Source of the DNA: Sporopachydermia quercuum
Taxonomy: Eukaryota
Assembly: GCA_001599295.1 (NCBI GenBank)
Contig: BCGN01000007.1
Coordinates: 748,090-768,089 of the forward strand
DNA length: 20,000 bases
Reading direction: 5' to 3'
A program made the translations under genes and the position numbers. Within the stretch, counting starts at the first letter, position 1. Every line of letters starts with the position of its first letter. Positions 1 through 11,099 of the stretch are shown in pieces. The notes beneath the pieces are model-generated. The model did no database searches and was not told the DNA's origin. It saw nothing but the letters and a program-made list of their open reading frames with translations.

Positions 1-612
1 GACACTTGAAGAGGGATTAGCCCAGAAATTCATATCATTACCTAAAGGAGTACCCATAGGACCAATAGTAGGATTCAAACTAGAATAGCGTGAATTTTGA
101 CCTAATGATAATTGTTGATGAGCCAAATTGTTGACATGATTAGAACCTGAAACACGTGAAGCGCCATTATGTTGCTGTTGCTGATGTTGATTATTAGATG
201 TTTTGGAAATTTGGTCTAAAAGATTATTTCCATTATTGTTTGTAGAAGAAGTTGTACTGTTATTAGACCCTGAAAAGTTCATCATCAAATCTGGTTGTTG
301 TTGATATTGATTATGTCCATATGACAGAGACTGAGAATGTGTGATATTCTGGCCTTGTAACTGACCTTGAGATGGATTATTCTGATAAGAATACATCATG
401 TCTGAAGGAGAAGAAGTAGTACCATGTTGTTTGAACTTTCTAGTATGGGTAACACCAGAGTTGCTGTAAGAGTATCCATTTTGATTATACTTCTGCTTAT
501 TGGTATGCTCATTAAACTTTTTTATTGCTTTCTCAACTTCTTCAAACTGTGAAGCAAATGCCAAATTATAAGCCAAATTATCTTGTTTCTTCATTAGTTC
601 TAATTCAGTCAT
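1..612 (-). CDS. Partial CDS (3' end beyond the window): Asn/Gln/Ser-rich low-complexity N-terminus of an unidentified protein
   Basis: Manual translation from ATG at 612-610 (context ACAAAATG, in-frame TAG upstream at 630-628) is open for 204 codons to base 1: MTELELMKKQDNLAYNLAFASQFEEVEKAIKKFNEHTNKQKYNQNGYSYSNS...HNQYQQQPDLMMNFSGSNNSTTSSTNNNGNN...QHQQQQHNG...MNFWANPSSSV. Absent from the ORF track because no stop lies in the window. Confidence 0.8.
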   Translation of the reverse strand, partial: MTELELMKKQDNLAYNLAFASQFEEVEKAIKKFNEHTNKQKYNQNGYSYSNSGVTHTRKFKQHGTTSSPSDMMYSYQNNPSQGQLQGQNITHSQSLSYGHNQYQQQPDLMMNFSGSNNSTTSSTNNNGNNLLDQISKTSNNQHQQQQHNGASRVSGSNHVNNLAHQQLSLGQNSRYSSLNPTIGPMGTPLGNDMNFWANPSSSV

Positions 613-1935
613 TTTGTTTTCAGCATACTACTCTATTATCTGACAAATTGTGATGATCTGCTCACTAAAAAGTACTCTGTATCTATCTTTATTCTCTTTC
701 CTTTCCCTTTTATTTTTCCCCTAAAGATGTTTTCCTATCCTATCCAATTTTTTCCTNATGATTTCATGAGGATCGTATGTTTGCTATTATATTTTAAAGT
801 ATTATAATACTAATAATGAATAAGATTTTAGATGATAGAAATAACACACTTGCATACAATGTTCAAAATGTATACAACAATGCAAGAACAAATAAAAAAT
901 AAAAAAACTCCAGTCTATTCAAATTTCTTCAAACATATACTGTCAGNTTATAACAAAACCACTTTTGATGCTTAATAAATAAATACTTTTCTCGATTTTG
1001 ATACATATAATCATGTATAATATCTACTATTTACTTTTTCACCAACAAATGAACAATAGAAAACAAATGAAAAGAAGAGAAAAAAAATTTATTCAGGTAG
1101 GAAAAACTTTCAGTCTCGCGAATGTCCGACATAGAAGAAACCGGGATGTGAGTCTTCAGAGGATCCCCTTCAGTTGCTTTGGCGGAACATCAGAGATAAT
1201 ATAATGATAGAAAACTGTGAGTTAGAACGGATGATAAGCAAGGAGTTTTATAGGATTTAAGTAATAAAAGGGTTGGAAATAAGTTTGAAAGAGAAGAATT
1301 CATTGAAGAATCAATCAGACATCACATGACATCGCATCTCCTCCTGAGTTTTAGTAGGAAGTCCCTATCACTAAAGGTCTGAAATATAAGTGTCTTTCGA
1401 CAAACTTGACATGACAATTACCTATTTTCTATGAAAGTCGTTTTTCATAATTAAGTAGGTTAATTACTAATTATAAACCCTGAAATCTTGCTGAATATGC
1501 GACACTTTTAGTCTTTTTTAAACATAATTGATGCTTGCATTCAATAGCTCTATTTCTTCTCAGGACCTTAGCAATTTAGACCCTCAAATTATCACCCTAT
1601 CACCCTCGGATCTAACATTAAATCTCACTCTTCTCTGGCTACTACCATCGGATGTTCCCTTTTTTCCGCAACTTCGCTTTTTCTGATCCGAAATAACTCA
1701 ATTTTCAGTATTAAAGTACANATTAACCCAATCTCAACGCTGCCTACTCAAATTTCCATTAATTCCAAACCGTTTTCCTGCTGAAAGCTCCACCAACAAT
1801 CAATCAGTATTTGCTTTCACTCATTCTGTGTATCATCACATCTATTCCCGATCAGTAATCGGAACAGGAGACTCAGTCGGCTCGGAACCAATAGAGGTCT
1901 CGGGCCAATTGCTTAAATAGGACCATCGACTATCA

Positions 1936-4900
1936 ATGACTACCGTATCCGATCTCCGAGCTCTTGTTGTGACATGTCTGAACCGAAGGTCTCTTCCTTC
2001 TACTTTCCGATACTACTACGAATACATTGACGAAAAGAAGAATATCACCCAAGATGACATAATTGAAGTTTTCATGAAAAATAGCAACGGTTCATCCGAT
2101 GGAAAAGACGTTGATTTGTTCGATCCGCTCGAACTTCGGTACATTGTCGACTTGTCTCTCGGCGAGCCTCGGTCTGTTATAGGATTAGCCAATCTTTTAT
2201 TCTTAACCTCTTACAGTACATATACCAAACGTCAGGCATTACTATACTTAATAGCAAAGTCACTAGACCATACGAATCCGAAACTGAGCTCTGGATTGAA
2301 CCAGGTTTTAGTGTTTATGATTAAATTAATGTCATCTACTCGGGTTGACGATTTTTCACGGAATTACCGAGAGGGAAAGATCAATCCAGATGAGATTGAA
2401 GATTTAAACGCTTTCGGAACTTTTCTACGGGAGCTTTTATCTAAACTAGCGGCAATGGACATAAATCGGAGTGGATTACTTCCGTTATATTCCGCTTCAT
2501 TTGCTTCCTCTTTGAAGAATTTCTTAGGCTGTACAACATTATTCAATAAGTCATTAGCTGGAGATATCCGGAGTATGTATTTACTGTTTCGGCCTGACGG
2601 ATCAAATTCGGCAACCAGCACAAACCTAGTCGGGGATATAGATTCGAATATTAAACCTCCTCGAATCGGATTAAACACATCGCCGAACGTTTCAAGGGTC
2701 CAACGGCTTATATGGCTTTTAGAGCATTCATACTCGTCTAAATTGCCTGATTTGGACCTAGCAACCCAACTGAAGACCTTTCTTCCGGATAATAGACCCG
2801 AATTTGTCACCACGGAGCTTATCCGGACTTTTTTTGATGCTTTAGCCGTGGCTCTAGTCCGCCAAGAGTCTACCCAATCCATAACATGCTGGAAAACCTT
2901 AGTTTGCAAACGGTTACCTTTATTCATTGATCGGTACTTTAGGCCGACTAATTTAGAACACTGCATAACCACGGCTATTCAAAACCTTGATTCAAAAACA
3001 TTATCCTTATTTAAAGCCGCCAACGGCGCCGATGTTCTAGACGAGATGTTTAGCGGGTTCTCAGCGACAGCCGATGCTGACTTCCGACACGACTTCATCC
3101 GATCTTTCATCCAATTAGGTTTACTACCGAAGGAGTCCTTTGCCAGAATCACCGATTGGATCTCNCCTACGAGTAAATCTAGATCCCTTTCCGGTTTGAC
3201 CCGTCCCGATGATGATTCCTTATCTCGCGATAGAGCGAACTCCTTTGCTTCGGATCTTACCGCCCAATTGAAAATCTCCGACCAGGTTTTCGACCAGAAT
3301 GGCAACTTAATTGACGTGGAGCCTTTCCTGCGATCAGCTGCTGAAGCCAACCCAGAATTCATCCCATTAGCAGATTCGGGGCTCATGGTCATTTTTGAAT
3401 TACTGGAGAAAATATCCGCCACTAAACAAGAACTCGTAGGCAAAATTGTAATTGAACTTATTGAAAAATTTGTTAACAATAATGATAGCGCTCGTTTACG
3501 TCGTTTGTGTTTAGCTTTAGCGCTCAACCCTTCAGCCGCCGATGTATTAATATGTTATTATCCAGTGCCTCGGTTATTTGGTCCTTTATTAACATTTCTT
3601 GATGAATGGAAAGACGATGAAGAGGAAACTAATTTTCAAGACGCATATGCAGATTTTGGCTGCGTTTTCTTATTTTTAATCTTCTTTTTAAAACGATGGG
3701 ATTTTTCGTTACCTGATTTAGTTGCTGTTGATGAGAAGGTAGGAGAGAATAGCGGCGAAAATGCTGGGAATAATGGAAATAATGTGGATAATGGTAATAG
3801 CGGCAATCACGTACCAAACCTTAATCTGGACCCTAGTTTTAGTCCCAGTTTAAAGTTTCCGGGCTCGAGTTTAGGGTTTGATTCTGGCATCGGCTTCGGC
3901 GTCGATTCAGGATTTCCTTCTACCTATTCAACAGATTACGCCACAACTTCGGTGTCGACTTCAGCCATAGTGACAAACTCAGCCGCATCTTCGNAATTTA
4001 CCGCGAAAGGTGCTTTTCTAGTTGAGTATTTAGCGCGCTTAGGCGAACCGTATCCCCTCAATTCCCTTAGCCCCAGCAGTAACGCTCTGCTTGGTGATTG
4101 GATCTCAGCTCTTTTTGACCAGGGCGGAATATCCGACGATTTAATGCGAAGATCCTCGGCTAAAGATTGCTTCCGCTTAGTGCCGACTATTTTCCAACAA
4201 GCTTTATTAGGTTGCCGCAAAGGTATAATGGATATTGACACTCTAAAAGGCGGGTTAGAGTATTTTTTACAGCCATTTCTACTAGGAACAATTGTTGGGG
4301 CATTTGCATGGTTACAAGACTGTTTGTGGAAGCAACAAGATGTCGGATTAGTGGTGCAGATTCTCCGGACGTTGGCAATGCCGGTTGATTTATCTGGCGA
4401 TGCCCCGCATATCCATCGACTAGTATTAGCGATTTGCGGACCGGGGATATTTGGGGTTTTGAACGAGTTTATGGATTCGGGAGCTCCGTCTCCGTATCAA
4501 GCGCAAGCATCGCAAGGAGTAGACGAGGAGCTTTTAGATGTCTTCCGGCCGTGGGTAGAATCGGGATCTGTTCCGATATCTGCCGATCATCGGAACTTCC
4601 GGAGTCAAACGGTACTTGAAGTTATCCGGAACAGTGCCAAGATTTCACTTACGCATTATTTGCGGAGTGTGGCTCCGGGATCCTGGTCCCGAACTGGACC
4701 TTCTCCAGGTCAAAATACGGCTAGTATTTCCGGCCCCGGGTCCATGTCCATCTCCCGTACAGGCACCGGTACTGGGACCGGGGGCTCAAACCTGATGTAT
4801 AAATCTGGAAGTTTAGCCATCCCGGGAGTCTCCGGAACCGGAACTGGAGCTGGAACCGGAATCGGGTCGACTTCTACCGATGGATTGCTTGTGTTTCTAA

Positions 4901-5481
4901 CCGATGAGATCCGGAATTTATCAGTNTGGCTGCATTCCCTGAACATGGGCCACAATATGGGACCGCCACTTTACGACTCAACATTATTACAGCTGGCAAT
5001 GGAACTTATTGGGCCGAAAGACGTAATGGTATGCTTTTTATCTGAGATTCACCGGACACAAGCTGAGCAAATGGGGAAAGCTCGGATGCAGCAAACACGA
5101 GGGTCGGTGATGTCGGGTAATTCGGGTAACTATTCTGGCTATCCAGCATCCTACCCCTCTATAAACTCACCGGTCAGTGCCACAATCTATGTAGTAGCGG
5201 CAATGATAGCCACATACGAGCTTCGGCCAAGTACGAAGCAATCACGGAAGGAATGGCTTGAATCTGTGTATTCAGGAGCGGGGAAAATAGCGGGGAGTCG
5301 AAACCTTGACCTACTAGAGTGTTTGTACGAGTTTAAGGTTCTTAGCGATAAGGCTAAACCGAGTAAAAATACGGGGCATAGTGGTAATGAAATTGAAATG
5401 TTCTTACTTGATGGGACATTTGAGGGGTTGTTTGATAATGTGGTTACTTTAGTGGCAAACTTGACTGGAAAAGGAAGGTGA
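1936..5481 (+). CDS. MED5: Mediator of RNA polymerase II transcription subunit 5 (Med5/Nut1)
   Basis: 1181-aa ORF with blocks I recognise from fungal Med5: 'FLDEWKDDEEETNFQDAYADFGCVFLFL', 'WISALFDQGGISDDLM...LVPTIFQQAL...TLKGGLEYFLQPFLL...W' and 'ELIRTFFDALA...WKTLVCKRLP'. It also has G/S/N-rich insertions. Confidence 0.88.
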   Translation: MTTVSDLRALVVTCLNRRSLPSTFRYYYEYIDEKKNITQDDIIEVFMKNSNGSSDGKDVDLFDPLELRYIVDLSLGEPRSVIGLANLLFLTSYSTYTKRQALLYLIAKSLDHTNPKLSSGLNQVLVFMIKLMSSTRVDDFSRNYREGKINPDEIEDLNAFGTFLRELLSKLAAMDINRSGLLPLYSASFASSLKNFLGCTTLFNKSLAGDIRSMYLLFRPDGSNSATSTNLVGDIDSNIKPPRIGLNTSPNVSRVQRLIWLLEHSYSSKLPDLDLATQLKTFLPDNRPEFVTTELIRTFFDALAVALVRQESTQSITCWKTLVCKRLPLFIDRYFRPTNLEHCITTAIQNLDSKTLSLFKAANGADVLDEMFSGFSATADADFRHDFIRSFIQLGLLPKESFARITDWIXPTSKSRSLSGLTRPDDDSLSRDRANSFASDLTAQLKISDQVFDQNGNLIDVEPFLRSAAEANPEFIPLADSGLMVIFELLEKISATKQELVGKIVIELIEKFVNNNDSARLRRLCLALALNPSAADVLICYYPVPRLFGPLLTFLDEWKDDEEETNFQDAYADFGCVFLFLIFFLKRWDFSLPDLVAVDEKVGENSGENAGNNGNNVDNGNSGNHVPNLNLDPSFSPSLKFPGSSLGFDSGIGFGVDSGFPSTYSTDYATTSVSTSAIVTNSAASSXFTAKGAFLVEYLARLGEPYPLNSLSPSSNALLGDWISALFDQGGISDDLMRRSSAKDCFRLVPTIFQQALLGCRKGIMDIDTLKGGLEYFLQPFLLGTIVGAFAWLQDCLWKQQDVGLVVQILRTLAMPVDLSGDAPHIHRLVLAICGPGIFGVLNEFMDSGAPSPYQAQASQGVDEELLDVFRPWVESGSVPISADHRNFRSQTVLEVIRNSAKISLTHYLRSVAPGSWSRTGPSPGQNTASISGPGSMSISRTGTGTGTGGSNLMYKSGSLAIPGVSGTGTGAGTGIGSTSTDGLLVFLTDEIRNLSXWLHSLNMGHNMGPPLYDSTLLQLAMELIGPKDVMVCFLSEIHRTQAEQMGKARMQQTRGSVMSGNSGNYSGYPASYPSINSPVSATIYVVAAMIATYELRPSTKQSRKEWLESVYSGAGKIAGSRNLDLLECLYEFKVLSDKAKPSKNTGHSGNEIEMFLLDGTFEGLFDNVVTLVANLTGKGR

Positions 5482-5701
5482 AAATGAGGGGTAAGGAAAA
5501 CCGGGAAAAACTGCGAGTATTGAATTTTCTAATTAAGCATTTCACATACTACATAGGGGTAATAATAACCAAACAGACTGAAAAATCATCCAAAAGAAAC
5601 TCTAAATATACAACTAGTAATTTTCTCTTTTGGTACTTTTGATAAATAAAGAATGTACAAAACTATACTTTAGACCAGGAGCTGTGCCATATTGATAATG
5701 T

Positions 5702-8700
5702 TTATCGCTTTCTTCTACTCTTTTGAGTAATTGGGCCGACATTTTCCCCAACCTCTTTAACTTTATTCCCATCGTCAAAGTTACCCTCTCCTTCATGATA
5801 CATATCTTCTAGTGATTTCCCATTGTTTCCAGTAGTTCCGGTTTTGCCTTTCTTCCGTTTAGACTTCCCGCCTGCGGCTTTTCTTGCCTGTTTCTCTCGA
5901 ATTGCCGAGTCTACGGCATCATCGTCATCCATAAGCCAATAAGCCACTTCTCGGCTCGGTTTCTGGAAATCAAGGCTAGTTTCGGTACTTCCGGTAATGT
6001 TTCCGGAGTTATTGCCACTACCCTCATCATTTCCGTTACTTCCTTCTCCATTATCTCCGTTTCCGTTATTTTCTCCATTATTTTCTCCACTTCCACTTCC
6101 ACTGCCTTCCATAACAACATGCTGCACGTGTTCTTTCTGCTTCGCCCGGTCCCGCATCCGCTCTTCAATCGTCCCCCGCACTAACATCCGATACACTGTA
6201 ACTTGACGCGTCTGGCCTAATCGGTGCGCCCGGTCCATAGCTTGAGAATCAATCGTCGGATTCCAATCCGAATCATAGAATATAACGGTATCCGCGGCGG
6301 TTAAATTGATTCCCAATCCGCCGGCTCGAGTAGAAAGTAAAAACACGAATAACTCCGGTTTGGTTTGCCAGTCGTTCACTAAATCCCGACGATCTCCGAG
6401 CTTGGATGATCCGTCTAACCGGATATATTTATACTGTCGGAACGTTAAATATTCTTCCATTAAATCCATCATTTTAGTCATCTGGAAGTAGATTAATACC
6501 CGATGGTCATTAGCTTTTAGTTCCGACAGTAGCGAGTCTAAGCGGGAGAGTTTACCCGAGTCGGAGACAAANCGGGACATTGAGGGCATTCTAATGGTGG
6601 AAAAGCCGAATTTGGAATTCAAAGGCGCAGGGTATAAGTTTGAAGCTGGGAAGTTACTGAGGGGTAGTTTATATTTCGTTAGGAGGGTGAGTTCTGACGA
6701 TAAGGATAGCGGGAATAAGGTGGTACTAACCGAGGGGGCAAACAAGGTGTCGTGCTGAATAAGGTTCAAACGCGTGGTGGGGTAGAGGGGTTCTACTGGA
6801 GGAGCCAAAACGCGGGGGTCGGCACCCGGTTCCCATGATTCAATATACATGGATCGGAATAACTCGGAGGAGATGTTGAGTAAAGAATGGAGGATCCCAG
6901 TAGGTTGAGTATTTGCCCGAGCGGAAAGCTCATTGAGTTGCGAGATTAGGAATCGTTTGTGGTTCGGAAAAAATACCTGAGATTCTGAGCCGGATTCCAA
7001 GTCANAGTTGCCGTACATAATGGCCAATCTTGAGACCTGATCACGTGCATTCAGTTTATGGTATGACGTAATCATCCGTTCAAACACACCTTGTTTTCCN
7101 GTTTGTGCTACTTCAGCAGGTGACACGTCTGAGAAGGGCAACCAGGAGAAATTAGACGGTTTCTCTAATTGAGACGAGATATGGCTGGGATTCCAAATCA
7201 GGAGATCTTGTTTCCATTTTGGTAAATACTCTGCATCACAAAGGGGTTGCTCGGATCCACTTTCGGACACATTTTTTCTTATTCCAGATTCTGTGGTGGC
7301 CGTNTCAATTGCCAATTCAGTAATTAACGCCTTCTGTCCTGAAATAGTGGAGATTCTCTCGTTATTTCTGGAGTTTCGAGCATTTGAGGTATTAGTCATC
7401 GTTTCCGAAACTGAGGAATCTTCGCTTTGCTCGGTTCTCACCGGTTCTGCTCTCTCTCTTCTCCGACTTCCGGATCCGAGAAACTCCCCAATCAACCGAG
7501 GAACCCGGAACTGGATAGGATTCCCTCCGCTGTACTCCACCTCCACCAAACTCCCCTCTCGGAGAAAACTACCCGTCTCGGCAAAATCGGCAAAACTAAA
7601 CGCCGACTTCGTGTCCATCCGCTCAAATAAATCGGGATGGTTGCAAACCTTCCGGAACTGCATTACCAAATTCATCAGATTCTGTGCACCTTCTTCATTC
7701 CCGTTCGCAGCTTGCTCAATCAAATCCATCACCGAAATTTGTGACCGAAGCATCCGATATAACTTCCGTTGTCTCGTAGTCAAATCACAGTAAACATCAA
7801 TCTCAATTTTGTCTCCGAGCTCAGATTGCACGTTCTTTTTAACTCTTCTAAGCATAAATGGCTTTAATATCACGTGTAGTCGTCTTAATTGTTGATCGTT
7901 AAGCTTCGTATTGCTCACAGCATGAGATTCAATGTCCTTACTGAACCATTCCGAGAACTCGTCATGGGAATCAAACAATGACGGCATGATGAAATGCAAT
8001 AATGCCCATAGTTCTTGCATGGAGTTCTGAATAGGTGTTCCGGTAAGAAGCAAGCGGTTTCGGCATTGGAACCCTAAAAGAGTCTTCCACCGGGAAGAGG
8101 ATGATGATTTGATGGCTTGGGCCTCATCTAGAATCATATATTGCCATTTCATGCGTTGGAAGTATTGAGCATCCGCTACTACTAGCTGGTAAGAAGTGAC
8201 GAGGACATGGAACGGGGCGTCGGAAGAGTAAGTAATTTTATGCCTGTCCCAGAACTTTCGGAGGACTTTCCGGTCTTTAGCAGAACCCCAGTAGGGCAGA
8301 ACTTTAAATTTCGGGACGAATTTAGCTATTTCCTGTTGCCAATTGTGTAAAGTAGATGCTGGAGATACGACAAGGAAAGGGCCCCAAATATTATGGGTTT
8401 CAGCTAAATAGGCCAATACTGAGATGGATTGAACGGTCTTGCCGAGGCCCATTTCGTCAGCAAGGATTCCGTTAATGCCCTGTTCGTAAAGATTAGCGAG
8501 CCAATTGAGGCCCTTTAGTTGGTATTCCTTTAATTTGCAAGATAAAAGCGAAGGCTGGGGGATTTGGGGTAAAGTTCCAAGGGTGGTTGGGTTTTGGAAG
8601 TTCATTTCATCAGAAGAATCCGGAGCGGAAGCGGAGTGGAGGGTGTTGAACGCTTGGGCTTTTAATTGGGCTTCCCTAATAGCGGATTGAGCATTAGCAG

Positions 8701-11099
8701 CGGCAGCGGCATGTAATTCGGAGTCATCGGCTCCGTCAAAATCTAAAGGTCCTTTCTGAACTGGAGTTTTACTTGCTGTTTCTGCAATCTCGCTTATTTT
8801 GCTTGATTCTGTCAAATGGCTCTCTGTCTCATTTCCGGTGCTTCCATCGTTTATCTTCTTACCTATGAAATGAGAATAAAGTTCTGTCTGAGTAATAAGG
8901 AAATTGAGTTTCCGAGCTTGACGTCGAGCTTCCCGTTCTTCTTCTTCCTTTTTCGCTTGCTCGATTGCTTCCTTCTCCGCTTTCTTCCGAAGATCCCGTT
9001 CTTCTCGTTCGTTCCGACGCCAAAATGAAAGCATTTCGCGCATTGCTCGTTTAGCTTTTGCTTGTAAATCCTTTGTACCTTTGTTAGTTCGGAGTTGCCA
9101 TTTTCGGGCTTCCCGGGCGGCTAATAAACTTGTCTTCCGAGCGTTAGATTGCCGGATAGAAACGGTTTGCTGGTATAGCCGATGTATTTTGTTTGCATCT
9201 TTTCGGTACATTTCTCGGAAGATACTATCGTGAACTAGTTGGTATTGCCGAGCAATAGCTCGAAGTTCCTTTTCCGAGGGCGGTTTCACTGGAGCTTTAA
9301 TGGTGATTTTGATCGGCTTATGAGAGGATGCGTTAGATCCCGAGCCCAAATTAAGGTTTCGGTACGCATCGGAGTCTTCACCCCCATCCGCGGCAGCCGA
9401 TGCCGACGCAGACGCCAAGGAAGATAGAGTTTTACCCACAGAAACCCGTTTGCGTTTCCCATTCGTTGAAAGCGAAAGAGAGATTCTGTTTCTCTGAGAT
9501 TTGGTACCTTCGAGTTCGGCATCTCCTTCGGTATTTGGGTCGGCAATGCCATCTTCTGTCTCTCGTGATCTTTTCTTCCGTCTCCGGTCTTTCTTATCCT
9601 TCCGAGATTTCTTCCGACGAGAGGAATTGTCCTCTGGTTCGGAACCTTCAAGGCCTTGACCGGCATCTGAGTTAATAGCAGTGAATCCGAGTCCGGCAGG
9701 AGCAATTGGTCGGAACCGCATAGCGGAAAGTACCCCACCTTCAGGAACAGAGACGGATTTACCGAGTTTGCCCCTCCGAGAACCAGAGTTAACGCTAAGG
9801 TGATCATCATCCTCGGAATCGAACTCTGAACCGGACCCAGAATCGGATCCAGATACCGATCCAGAACCTGAGCCGGAATCGATATCGGAACCTCGTCGGT
9901 TTCTGGATCTCCGTTTTCCGGCATATTTTCTGGTTTTTGATCTATGTGTTCCGCCTCTTGTTCTAATGCCAAGTCGAGCAGTTTCAATTGCTGCTTCAGT
10001 TGCTGCTTTATACTCTTCGGCAGCCACGATTGGATCTTCTCCTGCTTGAACCCGCTTTTTGAATAAGATTTTCTGCTTGTAGCGAGCTCTTTGTGCTACC
10101 CGTTGCATCCGTTTCCGTTCTTTTTCCTTTTCTAGTTCAAGGAACTTAACCTTAAGCAATGCATGATCGTATAGTAATTCTTGAGATTTAAGGTTCCAGG
10201 CGTTGACGTTTTTGGAATAATAGTCTCGGTTAAAAGCCGAGAAGGCTCTAAGTTGAGAAATAAGTTTGAGCTGATGAAGCTTATTCAAGCTTTCGGCTTT
10301 TTCCAGTTGCTTTTGAACAAATAACGCCTTTTCGGAAGCAAACTGGGCATTATTTGCCTCATCCAGCTTCTGAGTTAAAACTCTAGCTGATTCTGCCACC
10401 TGTTCGGAAACAATTTCGGTTGATAGTTCNGACTTTTCGGGTAAAACTGGTTTGAATTTAGAATTGACAGGTAATTCAGCGTTTATATCGAAGTCTACTG
10501 GTTGGCCAATCTCGGAAGCCGATGATGGCACTTGTGGCAAATCCATATCCGAATCTTTCCTGTTCCGTCTCCGGGATTTCCCTTTTGGTTTAGGTTTAAA
10601 GGTAACATCCTCAGGCGTTGTGTAAAACACGGATGGTTCCGTAGATACTAATGGTCCAGGTCTGATAGGCTTCACGGTAATTGTTCTAGAGGATGGCTGA
10701 CTTCTTTCGGATTCAAAAGCAGTACTAGATTCCGATATTGGTTCCGGAGTAGCTGAAGCTGTACTTTGATCTGATCCTATATCCTCCGTTATATCGGCAA
10801 TATCAGTGAGCTCACTGGGTTCGATGTCTTGTGCCAGCAACGAATTGACTTTCACGGAGCTGTCGGTCTTTGAATCTTCTGGTGGCGGTTGCGGATCGGA
10901 AAGAATTGCCGAGATTGACATTGGTCGTTTCGACCGCTAAAATTGATTGAAGTTAGTATTCGGTTCAGGTTCAGGTTCAAGCTCGGAATCGGAATCGGAA
11001 TCAAAATCGAATTGCTTCAAAACAAACCATCAGATCCGTAAATAATTCCAGAGTCGTTTTACTTACTTGAGGAGAGACTCCGCTTGAATCTTGTGACAT
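5702..11099 (-). CDS. INO80: INO80 chromatin-remodelling complex ATPase; spliced model complement(join(5702..10936,11067..11099)), about 1755 aa
   Basis: DBINO/HSA region ([27 protein letters not shown]), SNF2 motifs [11 protein letters not shown] (~8436-8468), DEAQ (~8118-8129), [23 protein letters not shown], a long insertion splitting the ATPase, and the helicase C lobe ([23 protein letters not shown]). The ORF track gives 5702..10921; splicing adds 16 N-terminal residues. Confidence 0.95.
10937..11066 (-). other. Spliceosomal intron (130 nt, phase 0) near the 5' end of INO80
   Basis: On the minus strand: donor GTAAGT at 11066-11061, perfect TACTAAC branch at 10958-10952, acceptor TTTTAG ending at 10937. 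The upstream exon ATG TCA CAA GAT TCA AGC GGA GTC TCT CCT CAA (11099-11067, context GTAAAATG) joins in frame to CGG TCG AAA CGA CCA ATG. Confidence 0.85.
10961..11012. repeat. Short hexamer tandem repeats (GGTTCA)x3 and (TCGGAA)x3 with degenerate copies, inside the INO80 intron
   Basis: Read directly: cggttcaggttcaggttcaagctcggaatcggaatcggaatcaaaatcgaat. Confidence 0.8.

Noticed and set aside
998..1204. 68-aa ORF between the left-edge gene and MED5
   Set aside because: TTG start, A-rich promoter-like DNA and no motifs.
2364..4955. Antisense and alternate-frame ORFs inside MED5 (e.g. 2364..2972, 2979..3527, 3936..4241)
   Set aside because: They are shadows of the MED5 reading frame with no recognisable motifs.
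5614..9987. Small ORFs overlapping INO80 (e.g. 9286..9987 -, 7293..7793 +)
   Set aside because: They are shadow frames of a strongly supported gene, helped by low-complexity sequence.
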